Below are positions 1-9,156 of a DNA stretch of 64,000 nt, piece by piece. The DNA comes from Dehalococcoidia bacterium (GTDB lineage: Bacteria; Chloroflexota; Dehalococcoidia; Lucifugimonadales; UBA3495), in contig CBDCQE010000001.1 of NCBI GenBank assembly GCA_965220505.1, positions 1,411,692 to 1,475,691 on the forward strand. Direction: 5' to 3'. The notes beneath the pieces were generated by a model. It made no database searches and had not been told where the DNA came from. It was given only the letters and a program-made list of their open reading frames with translations. Both the position numbers and the translations under genes were made by a program. Each line of letters starts with the position of its first letter. Positions within the stretch are counted from its first letter, which is position 1.

Positions 1-353
1 GAGAAACGGTGATTGGCTACGAGATACACATGGGACGAACCTCGGGCGAAAGCATCATACCGCCGTTCACCGTAGTTGACCGGGCCGATGCCGCCGTCAC
101 CCCGGAGACGGCGTTTGATGGAGCGCTGGGCGCCAACGGTCGCGTGATGGGAACGTACATCCACGGGCTGTTCCACAACGCCGGCGTCCGGCGGGCAATC
201 CTGGGCGAATTGGCCCGGCGCAAGGGCGTAAGCTTGCCCGAGGGAGTGGACGTGGCGCGCGACCGGGAGTACGACCGGCTCGCCGATTGGGTGCGGGACA
301 GCCTGCGCATGGACCTGGTATACGACATGGCGGGACTGACGCCGGCGCTATGA
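1..353 (+). CDS. cobQ: Cobyric acid synthase, C-terminal part (gene begins before the window)
   Basis: GYEIHMG...GTYIHGLF glutamine-amidotransferase C-terminal motifs; directly upstream of cobU. Confidence 0.9.
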   Translation, partial: ETVIGYEIHMGRTSGESIIPPFTVVDRADAAVTPETAFDGALGANGRVMGTYIHGLFHNAGVRRAILGELARRKGVSLPEGVDVARDREYDRLADWVRDSLRMDLVYDMAGLTPAL

Positions 354-919
354 GCTCGATTCACCTGGTATTGGGCGGTATTCGGTCGGGGAAAAGCGCT
401 TACGCGGAACGGCTGGCAGCCGAAATTGCCGGATGCGAGCCGGCACTGTACGTGGCCACGGGTATCGCCGTCGACGCGGAGATGGAGCAACGCATACAAC
501 GACACCGGCAGCGGCGGCCCCAAAATTGGCAGACCCTTGAAGCTCCGCTCAACCCGGTGGGCGCGCTGCAGGATCGGTCGCGCGCCATGGACCCTCCCAC
601 CGTCCTGCTGCTCGACTCAATGGACGTTTGGGTGTCGAATCTGATGCTGGAGCACGAGGGCACGCCGCGATTGGAATTGGAAGCCCGCATCGTCGGCGCG
701 ACGCGACGGTTTGCTGAATACATTCAGGAGACCGATCGCCAGGCGGTGGTAGTCAGCAGCGAAGTCGGCCATTCGTTGGTTGCCACGACCGCGATGGGCC
801 GCCAATTCCAGGATCTGCTGGGAACGGTGAACCAGGCGATGGCGGAGGAAGCGGACCAAGTCACCATGGTAGTAGCCGGGTTGCCCGTTCCGATCAAGCC
901 CTCGGGAACCACCCGCTGA
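350..919 (+). CDS. cobU: Bifunctional adenosylcobinamide kinase / adenosylcobinamide-phosphate guanylyltransferase
   Basis: LVLGGIRSGKSAYAE P-loop, RIQRHRQRRP, VSSEVGHS, FQDLLGTVNQ; the ATG at 350 overlaps the cobQ stop (ATGA). Confidence 0.92.
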   Translation: MSSIHLVLGGIRSGKSAYAERLAAEIAGCEPALYVATGIAVDAEMEQRIQRHRQRRPQNWQTLEAPLNPVGALQDRSRAMDPPTVLLLDSMDVWVSNLMLEHEGTPRLELEARIVGATRRFAEYIQETDRQAVVVSSEVGHSLVATTAMGRQFQDLLGTVNQAMAEEADQVTMVVAGLPVPIKPSGTTR

Positions 920-956
920 CGGGCGGTGGGCCGGCGCAGGGCGATGCGGCGAAACG

Positions 957-1868
957 ATGGCTGAGTACACGTTGGGAACGGCTTCGGTGCTGGCGCCGGG
1001 GACCTGCGGCGAACTGGTGCAGGGGATGACCGGGGACGTGGACTTCCTGGTGACCTGCCCGATCAACCAATTCTCGCGAGCGACGGTCACTGTCTCCAGC
1101 GCGGATCAGCCCGGCGAGCATGTACGAGGAATAGACCACCTGCCGAAAACGCGTCAGGCCGTGGTTGACACGTTGGCACGACTCAGCCGCTGCCTCGGAA
1201 TGCCCGGCATCGTTGCCGACGTCACGGTGGCCAACCCGATGCCGGTGGGCAAAGGGATGGGCAGCAGCAGCGCGGACATCACGGCCGCGGTGTGCGCGAC
1301 CGGCAAGGCCGTGGGCATCGATTTTTCGCCGGATGCGGTGGCAAAGATCGCGCTGGGGGTGGAGCCGACCGACGGCGTGATGTTTCCCGGCATCGCCATG
1401 TTCGATCACCGTCGCGGCAGAGTCCTCGAACTCCTGGGCGCTCCTCCTCCGATGGAGGTGATAGTCATAGACCGCGGCGGTCAGGTGGACACGCTGGAGT
1501 TCAACCGGATCGACCGCGGGGAGCATTGGCGGTCGCTCGCCGATGCCACCACCGAGGCCCTGGAGTTGGTGCGAGAAGGCATCCGCCGGTGCGACCCTGA
1601 ACTGGTGGGCCGGGGCGCCACCGTCTCGGCGCAAGTAGGGCGGCCGGATGACGCCGGCCCGTGGGTGGAAAAGGCGTCAGACTTCGCGGCTGAAATCGGA
1701 GCCGTGGGCGTCAACGTGGCCCACAGCGGGACCGTGGTCGGCATCCTGCTGGACGCGCGGAAACGGCAGAGCAAGCCGGCATTCAGGGAGGCACAAAGGG
1801 AGTTTGTGGCCGCGGAGAGCGTGCACCACTTCCGGATTGTTGGCGGCGGGGTGCGCCAGGCAGTTTAG
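957..1868 (+). CDS. pduX: GHMP-family L-threonine kinase (PduX-like), cobalamin aminopropanol-phosphate supply
   Basis: PGTCGELVQG, PVGKGMGSSSAD GHMP ATP loop, GVNVAHSGTVVG; cob operon context. Confidence 0.85.
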   Translation: MAEYTLGTASVLAPGTCGELVQGMTGDVDFLVTCPINQFSRATVTVSSADQPGEHVRGIDHLPKTRQAVVDTLARLSRCLGMPGIVADVTVANPMPVGKGMGSSSADITAAVCATGKAVGIDFSPDAVAKIALGVEPTDGVMFPGIAMFDHRRGRVLELLGAPPPMEVIVIDRGGQVDTLEFNRIDRGEHWRSLADATTEALELVREGIRRCDPELVGRGATVSAQVGRPDDAGPWVEKASDFAAEIGAVGVNVAHSGTVVGILLDARKRQSKPAFREAQREFVAAESVHHFRIVGGGVRQAV

Positions 1869-2269
1869 AACAATTCCTGTAACGCTTGTTCCGGCGTGAT
1901 GGCCGGGATTGGGGAGTTGGCGAAATCTCTGGCGTCCCGGGTGACGATATACCTGACTCTGGCGGCTCGGGCGGCGGCAACCTGCATGGCGTCCTCGAAA
2001 TCAGCCATCGGCAGGGATAGCGCGTAGCGGAGCTCTTCGTGGCCGGTAGATACGACGGTCAGAAAGGCGGCCAGCCGCACCACAAAAGCGCGGGCTGTGG
2101 CTCTGTCGGTTTCACGCGCCACCAGGAAATGGAATGTCGCTACAGAATGCCAGGCGACGAAAGCGCTTGCTGAAGTCTGCTCGATCCGATTGAGTAGTTC
2201 CTCGGCTGCCAGCGCGAAGTCTTCCCGGTCGAGCGCAAAATCTACCAGCACGTTATTGTCAATCAACAC
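1865..2269 (-). CDS. PIN-domain (VapC-like) ribonuclease toxin
   Basis: LIDNNVLVD...DFEDAMQVAAA...IVTRDARDF acidic PIN motifs, 134 aa; GTG start overlaps the upstream stop by 11 nt. Confidence 0.88.
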   Translation of the reverse strand: MLIDNNVLVDFALDREDFALAAEELLNRIEQTSASAFVAWHSVATFHFLVARETDRATARAFVVRLAAFLTVVSTGHEELRYALSLPMADFEDAMQVAAARAARVRYIVTRDARDFANSPIPAITPEQALQELF

Positions 2270-3281
2270 GAAAATACTTGGCCTTTAGGTATTCGTGGCG
2301 CAGCTCGTCAAGGTATTGGTCGTCGATCTGACGGTCTGCGGGTGGCGTGATACGGAATTTACCGCGCCACCGAGTACCGAAGGGAAGAGGCTCCTCGCCA
2401 TACCGCCGTCGCCAGTAGAACAGGTATTGGTTGGCGTAGCCGGCGTATTCTCCAAACATCTGTTGAGCGCGTTGCGATGCCGCGGCCAATTCTTGTCCTC
2501 TTGGATCCTCTCTTTCCGGGAAGCCCCATTCGGGGTAGGCTTCGGTGATGGCGCGCCAGACCCACCGGTCCACCGGAAACGCTTCCAGCTTGTCCAGGGA
2601 GAAGAGGGCGATGCGGTCGGCGATTTTGTCGGAGACGCCCGCAAACTGCAGCAGGCTAATCCTGACGTCGGGGTAGGGCTGTAGACGCAAATCATTCCAA
2701 TCAATTTCACCGGCGTCCACTTGCTTGGCGATTGCATTCAAGTCCCAGGCCAACCGTGAGCCTAACAACCACTTCCAGGATAAATGCGCCAGCCTATGAT
2801 CGGACTCCACTTGCCTTGGCGTAGGGAACGTGTAACGAATATCTTCCCCCAGGCGCAGTTCCGTTCCTATGAGTTTCGCAGCGTGCTCTAGCGAGTCCCC
2901 AATGTATTCAACATCGGTACGCTCGGCGCAAAACTGCGCCGCCAGACATTCCCAGGGGTCCTGACGCAGCAGGCGCAAGCCCGGAAACTCACGCATGATC
3001 GTGGACACTTTCGGGTCGCGGGCGATACTGGCGTAGATGACGTCGATATCATCGTCCAACCGGAGATAGCGGCGCAGGCATTCGTCAGGGTCGTCCACGT
3101 GCCCCGGCAAGCTGGCGGTTTCGTACTCAATTCCCCCGTCAAACTGCCGGACGTGAAACAGGTGCGGCCCCACCACGCCGGAAAACCAGCCGTCGCCAAA
3201 GGGACGCCAGCGAAACGCTTGGCCCATGGTAAGAGTGAGGGACAGGTTGAACCGGTTAGGAATGGGGAGTTGGCGCGTCAT
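2259..3281 (-). CDS. OGG1-type HhH-GPD DNA glycosylase paralog c with ~46-aa antitoxin-like C-terminal extension
   Basis: GQAFRW, LRLLRQDPWECL, GVSDKIAD (Lys), FPVD (Asp), GYANQYLF; extra tail FGTRWRGKF...YLKAKY absent from the other two paralogs. Confidence 0.85.
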   Translation of the reverse strand: MTRQLPIPNRFNLSLTLTMGQAFRWRPFGDGWFSGVVGPHLFHVRQFDGGIEYETASLPGHVDDPDECLRRYLRLDDDIDVIYASIARDPKVSTIMREFPGLRLLRQDPWECLAAQFCAERTDVEYIGDSLEHAAKLIGTELRLGEDIRYTFPTPRQVESDHRLAHLSWKWLLGSRLAWDLNAIAKQVDAGEIDWNDLRLQPYPDVRISLLQFAGVSDKIADRIALFSLDKLEAFPVDRWVWRAITEAYPEWGFPEREDPRGQELAAASQRAQQMFGEYAGYANQYLFYWRRRYGEEPLPFGTRWRGKFRITPPADRQIDDQYLDELRHEYLKAKYFRVD

Positions 3282-3314
3282 AGCAAGCTTGGCCCCCGCG
3301 TCCGCTGTGGCTAT

Positions 3315-4226
3315 TCATTTAGGCTGGTCACAGAACATGAACTGACCGGCGTAGCCGGCATACTGGCCAAACGTGCCCTGGGCCCACAACCTGATCGCCG
3401 CGTCATTTTTCGGCGCAGCGGGGTAATTTTGGGTCACGAAGCTCCGTATGTGCCTATCAATAGGGAAAGCCTCGGTTTTGTCCAGCGAAAACAGTGAAAT
3501 GCAGTCGGCGATTTTGTCGCCTATGCCCTCCAGCCGTTTAACCGCCCGTTTGGCGTGAGGGTAGGACTCGCTCCGCAGTGCATACAGGTTCAAGTCGCCA
3601 TTGCACACTTCGCGCGCCGCCCCGGCGATTTTCCGGTCGCGTTGGAGACCGAACTGCATCCCCTGGAGGCTCGCGGCTGCGGTTTCCGTTATCAGAAGTT
3701 CGGGTGCCGGGAAAGTGTGACGCGCTTTGCCGCACATTTCAATGGTGTCGCCAAACGCTGCGGAGATGCGTTCGACGATGCTTGAAATACGGGGGATGTT
3801 GTTGTTGGCAGAGCACAAGTAGGCAACGGTGCATTCCCACGGGTCCTGACGCAGCAAACGCATGCCACCGTAGTTTTCGATTAGCCTGGCAATGCTGGCG
3901 TCGCGGTTGGTCAGATCGCTGTAGATGCGCGAAACATCGTCATCCAACCTGAAGTAGCCTTGCAGCAGTGTCCGAACGTCCTCGTCGTCAGCCGGTCCAC
4001 CGAATTTAGACGCGCGGTATTCGACGCGCGAACCGACCTGGCGCAAATGGATCAGAAAACTCCCGAGCACTCCGGAGTGCCACTCGCTGTCTGGATGGCG
4101 CCCACCATCTTCCAATTTGTCCACGCTGCCGTCCAACTTGCGCCACCGAAACGCTTGCCCCATATACAAAGTTAGCCTGAGGCTGAAGGGCTGGGGGATT
4201 TCCAGTTCACCTTCAACAATGTTCAT
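3315..4226 (-). CDS. OGG1-type 8-oxoguanine DNA glycosylase paralog b
   Basis: GQAFRW, MRLLRQDPWEC, CSANNNIPRI, GIGDKIADC, FPIDRH, GYAGQFMF; start placed at ATG 4226 behind GGAGG. Confidence 0.9.
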   Translation of the reverse strand: MNIVEGELEIPQPFSLRLTLYMGQAFRWRKLDGSVDKLEDGGRHPDSEWHSGVLGSFLIHLRQVGSRVEYRASKFGGPADDEDVRTLLQGYFRLDDDVSRIYSDLTNRDASIARLIENYGGMRLLRQDPWECTVAYLCSANNNIPRISSIVERISAAFGDTIEMCGKARHTFPAPELLITETAAASLQGMQFGLQRDRKIAGAAREVCNGDLNLYALRSESYPHAKRAVKRLEGIGDKIADCISLFSLDKTEAFPIDRHIRSFVTQNYPAAPKNDAAIRLWAQGTFGQYAGYAGQFMFCDQPK

Positions 4227-4284
4227 CTCACAACCTCCACAGTGGAATCGCTCGGATCTGTAGCGTTCAGAGAAGTGTGGGCAG

Positions 4285-5166
4285 TCACCGCCCCTCCCGC
4301 CGCCGGCCATGGAAAAGGTACTGCTGGGAATAGCCCGCGTATTGGCCGAAGTGGTCCTGGGCCCACTCCACCATCACCCGGTCGGGCGGCTTTTTCTGCA
4401 TGGGGAAATACCATTCAGCCAGGGCGCGGCGCACCCACACGTCCACGGGAAACGCCTGTAGCTTTTCCAACGAGAATACCGCGATGCAGTCGGCGATCTT
4501 GGCCCCGATGCCGTAGCACTCCATGAGCCGGGACTTGGTTTCGGGATAGGGCATCCGGACCAGTTCGTCCAGGTCCAGTTCGCCGTTGCAGACACGTCGA
4601 GCCGCCGCGACTACATAGGGAGCGCGGAACCCCAGGCCCAGTTCACGCAGGAACCCTTCCCCGGCGGAGGCCAGTTGCTCGGCGGACGCGAAGGTGTGCC
4701 GCACCTCCCCGTCCAGCTCCAGCGGGTCGCCCAGGCTGTCGGCCATGGCCTCCATGTTCTGGTGGATGCGGGGGATGTTTGACGTGGCGGAGCAGATGAA
4801 CGCGACCGTACACTCCCAGGGTTCCTGGCGCAAAATCCGCAGGCCCGGGTAACGAGCAACCATTTCCGCGACGCGCCGGTCTCGGCAAATGTCAGCGTAT
4901 ATCGCGCCGATGTCGTCGTCGAGACGGAAATAAGACCGTAGCAAGTCCGGCAGGGCGGCCGTGTCCACGGCATTGCCAGGGCCGGCGGCGCGATATTCCA
5001 CCCCTGCTGCCACCTGTCGGATGTGAATGAGCCACTGGCCCAACACGCCCGAATACCAGCCGTCCCCCAGATTCTTCCAGCGGTGGGCCTGCCCACTCTC
5101 GAGGCTCTCCGCCAGGTCAAAGGGCTGGTCTATTGCCAGTTGCACCGTCCGTTCCAGCGCCGCCAA
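4285..5166 (-). CDS. OGG1-type 8-oxoguanine DNA glycosylase paralog a
   Basis: SGQAHRW, LRILRQEPWEC, CSATSNIPRI, GIGAKIADC, FPVDVW, GYSQQYLF; GGAGGTG RBS. Confidence 0.9.
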   Translation of the reverse strand: MAALERTVQLAIDQPFDLAESLESGQAHRWKNLGDGWYSGVLGQWLIHIRQVAAGVEYRAAGPGNAVDTAALPDLLRSYFRLDDDIGAIYADICRDRRVAEMVARYPGLRILRQEPWECTVAFICSATSNIPRIHQNMEAMADSLGDPLELDGEVRHTFASAEQLASAGEGFLRELGLGFRAPYVVAAARRVCNGELDLDELVRMPYPETKSRLMECYGIGAKIADCIAVFSLEKLQAFPVDVWVRRALAEWYFPMQKKPPDRVMVEWAQDHFGQYAGYSQQYLFHGRRREGR

Positions 5167-5192
5167 CCCCTCACCTCCCTTGGAGACGCCGA

Positions 5193-8036
5193 CTATCCGG
5201 TTCGAGGACGGTCGAGTTGCAGCCAGCGGGCCGCCTGCTCGCCAACGGTGTTGACGCTGGAGCGTTCGACCGTGCAGGGGGGCAGCGCGTTCAGGAAGCG
5301 GTCACCGTAGTTGGCGGTCTGGATGCGACGGTCCAGGATGACCACGGCCCCCCGATCCACCTTGTTGCGGATCAGCCGGCCGAACCCCTGGCGGAAACGG
5401 AGGACGGCGGAAGGCACCTGGTACTCGTTAAACGGGTTGTTGAACAGGTTCCCTCGGGCCTTGACGATGGGATCGGTAGGCACCGGGAAAGGCAGGCGGC
5501 ACAGCAGCAGCCCGCGCAGGATGCCCGACTCCATGTCGACACCCTCCCAGAAACTGGCGGTGCCGAGCAGTACGGCGCGCGGGTCGGCGTGCAGCCGGTC
5601 AACCAGTTGTCGCGGCGTGCCGTCGATCCCCTGGGCCAGGACGTTGATGCCCGACGCGCGCAACGGCCCCCGCACGTGGAAGGAAGCGTCTCGCAGCGCA
5701 CTGTGGGAAGTGAACAGCGCCATGACGTGTCCGTCCAATGCCCGCGCCATGTTGAGGATCACCTGGGCCGTCCCACGGGCGTGATCGGCGCCGCGACGCG
5801 GGTCGGGGAGGTCATCGGGCACCATGAGCAGGGTATTGCGCCGGTAGTTGAACGGGCTATCGACCAGCAGTTCGTCGCAGTCGTCGGGGAAGCCGAGGCG
5901 TTGCCGCAGGAAACCAAAGTTGCTGTCCGTAGCCAGGGTTGCGCTGGTCAAAACCACGGTCTCTTTCTGCTGGAACAGCATCTCAGACAGGATGGGGCCG
6001 ACCGACAACGGGGTGGAGTGCAGCGTGATGTTGCGCCGCACCATGTCGATCCATTGGATCTGTTCCTCATCATAGCGACCGAAGACGGATGCCAGACGGT
6101 CGTTGAACTCGGAGACCGTGTCTACCGCGCTGATCAGTTCGTTTCCCTGGCTGTCGTCGGAGAGATCGAATATCCCCTGGTCCACCAGCCTCCAGACGTC
6201 GTTCAGGCGGTTCACGCTGTCGGCCATAAAGGTCGAGAACGATTCCCATTCGCGGGCGGCCGCGCCCCATTCCCTGCTCTGCCGCACCGAGGGCTCCAGG
6301 GAGACCGGCTGACGGTCATTGTCGCCGCGGGTGTGCGATTGATAGAGGCTGGTGATCGCGGCCCACAACTGTTGCCACGCCTGCAGGGCCTGGTTGCAAC
6401 TGGCCGTGGCGTTGGTGAGGGCGTCACGAGCTCGCCCGAGGTTTTCGTCCTCCGGCGACTGGTTGGCAATGGAGGTCAGGTGCCGGAACAAGCGGTAAAC
6501 GGCGTCCATTTCCTGGGCCAGATCGTCCTCGGCCATCTCAAAACCTAACTGCCGGCTTGCCTCTTCCTCCAGGTGGTGGGCTTCGTCGACTATGAGGTGT
6601 TGGTAGTCCTGCAACACGGTGCCGCCGACGGCAAGGTCCGCCAGCAGCAGGGCGTGGTTCACCACCAGGATGTTGGCCGCCTCGGCTCGCTGGCGGGCCT
6701 GGCGCAGGAAGCAGGGCGCGCCGCCGCGGAACGACTGGCACACGCCCTGGTTGTCGGCGCACACCCGCAACCAGGCTCGATGGTCTCCAAAGTTCAGGTT
6801 GAGGTCGGTTCGGTCGCCGTTCTGCGTGTCGTCCAGCCAGACTGCCGTTTTCCCGAGAACCCTGGCCTCATCCTCAGTCAAGGTGTCCGACGCGCCCAGG
6901 CTGGCCCATCGGCGGAGGCACACGTAATTGGATCGACCTTTGAGTTGAGCCGCTCGAACGGCCCCCGGTTCCAGTATGCCGGCCTCTTCCAGGATGGAGA
7001 TAACCGCCGGTATGTCCTTATCCATCAACTGCTCCTGCAAGCTGATGGTGTTGGTGGAGATCACCACCCGGTGCCCATGAGTGGCGGAGTAAAGAACCGC
7101 CGGGAGCAGATAGGCGATGCTCTTGCCGATACCGGTGCCACCTTCAACGATGAGCTTTCTGCCCTGATAGATGGCGCGGGTGACGGCCTTCAGCATCTCG
7201 GCCTGTTGGGGCCTGTTTTCAAATCCGGGGAACGAGTTGGCGAACACGCCGTGGGGGGCCAGAAGGTCCTCCACCTGCTGCTCGGTGAGCTCGCGTCGTA
7301 TGGCCTTGCCGTTTTGGTCGCCGGCCTCGCTGGACAGTCTCCGGGCCAGGCTGTCCAGGTTCAATCCATTGAGGCCGACGGCGCCGGGGGTCCCGGGTGC
7401 CGCGTTGGCGCCGGGAGCGTGGGGCACAAGCGCTTCGAGCAAGTCGGCCACGGAGGCATTGGCGGCACGGGCGGAGCGGGCAATAAACGCAACCTTTGCC
7501 GCCGGGTAGGACGCACCCAGCTTCAGCAGATGATGGAACACCAGCGCGGTGGTTTCGGCGTCGGCCACAGCGCGATGAGCCTGGTTGTGGTCCAAGCCCA
7601 GGTGCCTGGCGAGGGCGCTGAGATTGTATTCCGGCAGGGTGGGAAGGAATATCGACGCCAGGTCCCAGGTGTTGTAACTCCGGTTCGTGAGGTGCAGCCC
7701 GTGGGATGACAGGAATGACAGGTCGAAGGCGATGTTGTGCCCGACGATGGGCAGGTCGCCAACGAACGTGGCGAACTGTGCTGCGATTTGTTGGAATCGC
7801 GGCGCCCGTTCGATTTGCGCTGGGCTGATGGACGTCAGTTGCTGGATGAAAGTGGGTATTTGACGGCCCGGGTTGACGAACGTTTGGTACCGGTCGGACA
7901 CCTCACCACCACGAAACTTGACGGCTCCTACTTCGATAATGGCATCGGAATGCGCATTCAGACCGGTGGTCTCCAGGTCCACGCACACGAATTCGCGCTC
8001 GAATATGTCGCTTTGAGGCAGCAGCGTCGGCGTCAT
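5193..8036 (-). CDS. dinG: DnaQ-like 3'-5' exonuclease / DinG-family helicase fusion
   Basis: N-terminal DLETTG..HNIAFD..HRAVADA (DEDDh); GGTGIGKS, four Cys of the Fe-S region, DEAH, GTASFWEGVD, QGFGRLIR. Confidence 0.93.
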   Translation of the reverse strand: MTPTLLPQSDIFEREFVCVDLETTGLNAHSDAIIEVGAVKFRGGEVSDRYQTFVNPGRQIPTFIQQLTSISPAQIERAPRFQQIAAQFATFVGDLPIVGHNIAFDLSFLSSHGLHLTNRSYNTWDLASIFLPTLPEYNLSALARHLGLDHNQAHRAVADAETTALVFHHLLKLGASYPAAKVAFIARSARAANASVADLLEALVPHAPGANAAPGTPGAVGLNGLNLDSLARRLSSEAGDQNGKAIRRELTEQQVEDLLAPHGVFANSFPGFENRPQQAEMLKAVTRAIYQGRKLIVEGGTGIGKSIAYLLPAVLYSATHGHRVVISTNTISLQEQLMDKDIPAVISILEEAGILEPGAVRAAQLKGRSNYVCLRRWASLGASDTLTEDEARVLGKTAVWLDDTQNGDRTDLNLNFGDHRAWLRVCADNQGVCQSFRGGAPCFLRQARQRAEAANILVVNHALLLADLAVGGTVLQDYQHLIVDEAHHLEEEASRQLGFEMAEDDLAQEMDAVYRLFRHLTSIANQSPEDENLGRARDALTNATASCNQALQAWQQLWAAITSLYQSHTRGDNDRQPVSLEPSVRQSREWGAAAREWESFSTFMADSVNRLNDVWRLVDQGIFDLSDDSQGNELISAVDTVSEFNDRLASVFGRYDEEQIQWIDMVRRNITLHSTPLSVGPILSEMLFQQKETVVLTSATLATDSNFGFLRQRLGFPDDCDELLVDSPFNYRRNTLLMVPDDLPDPRRGADHARGTAQVILNMARALDGHVMALFTSHSALRDASFHVRGPLRASGINVLAQGIDGTPRQLVDRLHADPRAVLLGTASFWEGVDMESGILRGLLLCRLPFPVPTDPIVKARGNLFNNPFNEYQVPSAVLRFRQGFGRLIRNKVDRGAVVILDRRIQTANYGDRFLNALPPCTVERSSVNTVGEQAARWLQLDRPRTG

Positions 8037-8068
8037 CGCGATGAATTACACTCGAAGCGGAACCGCAC

Positions 8069-8773
8069 TTACGCCGAGCGCAGGCGGTACGGCCGCAAGG
8101 ATCCCTGCCGCAGCCCTTCCAGCGGGCGGAAGTCCCGGCGATGCAGCGCCGTGAGGAACTGGGCCTCGTCAAAGACTTCATCGGGGAATTCGGTCACGAA
8201 TTTGCCCAGCCCGTGGGTGCTGTGAGCGTCGCTGCCCCCGGTCACCGGCAGGCTCAGCCGGTGGGCGACCTCGGCGGCGAAGCGGTTTTCCTCGTCCGAC
8301 GTGCCGCCGTTGGCAACCTCGATGGCGTCGGCCAGTTGGAACACCGGATGCGTCATCGCCGTTTCCGCGTCCTGCGGGATCGGCTCGTCAGGGTCCGGAT
8401 ACAGGTACGGTCGGGTCCGGTGGTGCTGTCCCAATACGCCGCGGAAGGGGTGCGCCGACACGACGAAGCCGCCGGCGGCGTGGGCAGCCTTGCTCAGCTC
8501 CTCGGCGCGGTGGAACCCGCTCTGGTACCGGTCCACGCCGAAAGCCAGGATGTGACCCATATCGGTGTCGGCTTCCATGGCGCGAATGAGCACGACGTTG
8601 TGCCGGGCGGCGAAGGCGGCGAATTCGTGCCGGTCCCAGGGGCCGGCGTGTTCGGTGATGCACAGGCCGCGCAATCCCAGACGTTCGGCCTCAAGGATGA
8701 GATCTTCGGGCGTCAGGCTGGAATCGGCGCTGCCTTTGGTCGTATGGATGTGTAAGTCAAAAATCCGTGACAT
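8069..8773 (-). CDS. PHP-domain metal-dependent phosphoesterase
   Basis: DLHIHTT, ITEH, HILAFG, SAHPF, GGSDAHS; start placed at ATG 8773. Confidence 0.85.
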   Translation of the reverse strand: MSRIFDLHIHTTKGSADSSLTPEDLILEAERLGLRGLCITEHAGPWDRHEFAAFAARHNVVLIRAMEADTDMGHILAFGVDRYQSGFHRAEELSKAAHAAGGFVVSAHPFRGVLGQHHRTRPYLYPDPDEPIPQDAETAMTHPVFQLADAIEVANGGTSDEENRFAAEVAHRLSLPVTGGSDAHSTHGLGKFVTEFPDEVFDEAQFLTALHRRDFRPLEGLRQGSLRPYRLRSA

Positions 8774-8911
8774 AAGCCCTACCAGTCTATGCGTAGCCCG
8801 GAACGGCGTCAACGCCGGCGCAGCCTCACGCGTACCCGGTTGGCGGCGGGGGAGCGATTGGCATGGATGCACGGGATAAACGGGATGATTCCAGATTGGG
8901 CTTGGGGAGTT

Positions 8912-9021
8912 GTCAGAAGCGGGATTTGCGGGGTTTTGTGATTGGGCGGGATTGGGAGGGTTTCATCGGGGGACGGTCCCAATCCTGGTAATCCTCAAAT
9001 CTTGAAAATCCTGCTTCTGAC
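8912..9021. repeat. 110-bp imperfect palindrome (GGGATT/AATCC-rich) in the divergent intergenic region
   Basis: gtcagaagcgggattt (8912-8927) pairs with aaatcctgcttctgac (9006-9021), 15/16; inner gggattggga/tcccaatcct arms. Confidence 0.75.
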
Positions 9022-9156
9022 GGTTCCGGGCCGGACGCCGGCGGCTGGGCGGGTGGTTGGGGCTCAAATGGGGGAATTGGGCGAAATTGGGGTGAGGTTA
9101 TGGATATGTGATCATAAACTCGCAGCGGATTGTGTTCCGGTCATGCAGTTTTGCGG

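Noticed and set aside
5133-7709. Long plus-strand ORFs (471 and 378 aa) opposite dinG
   Set aside because: Antisense shadows typical of high-GC coding DNA; no motifs
8774-8911. LexA/SOS box upstream of the PHP-dinG-glycosylase operon
   Set aside because: No GAAC-N4-GTTC match seen
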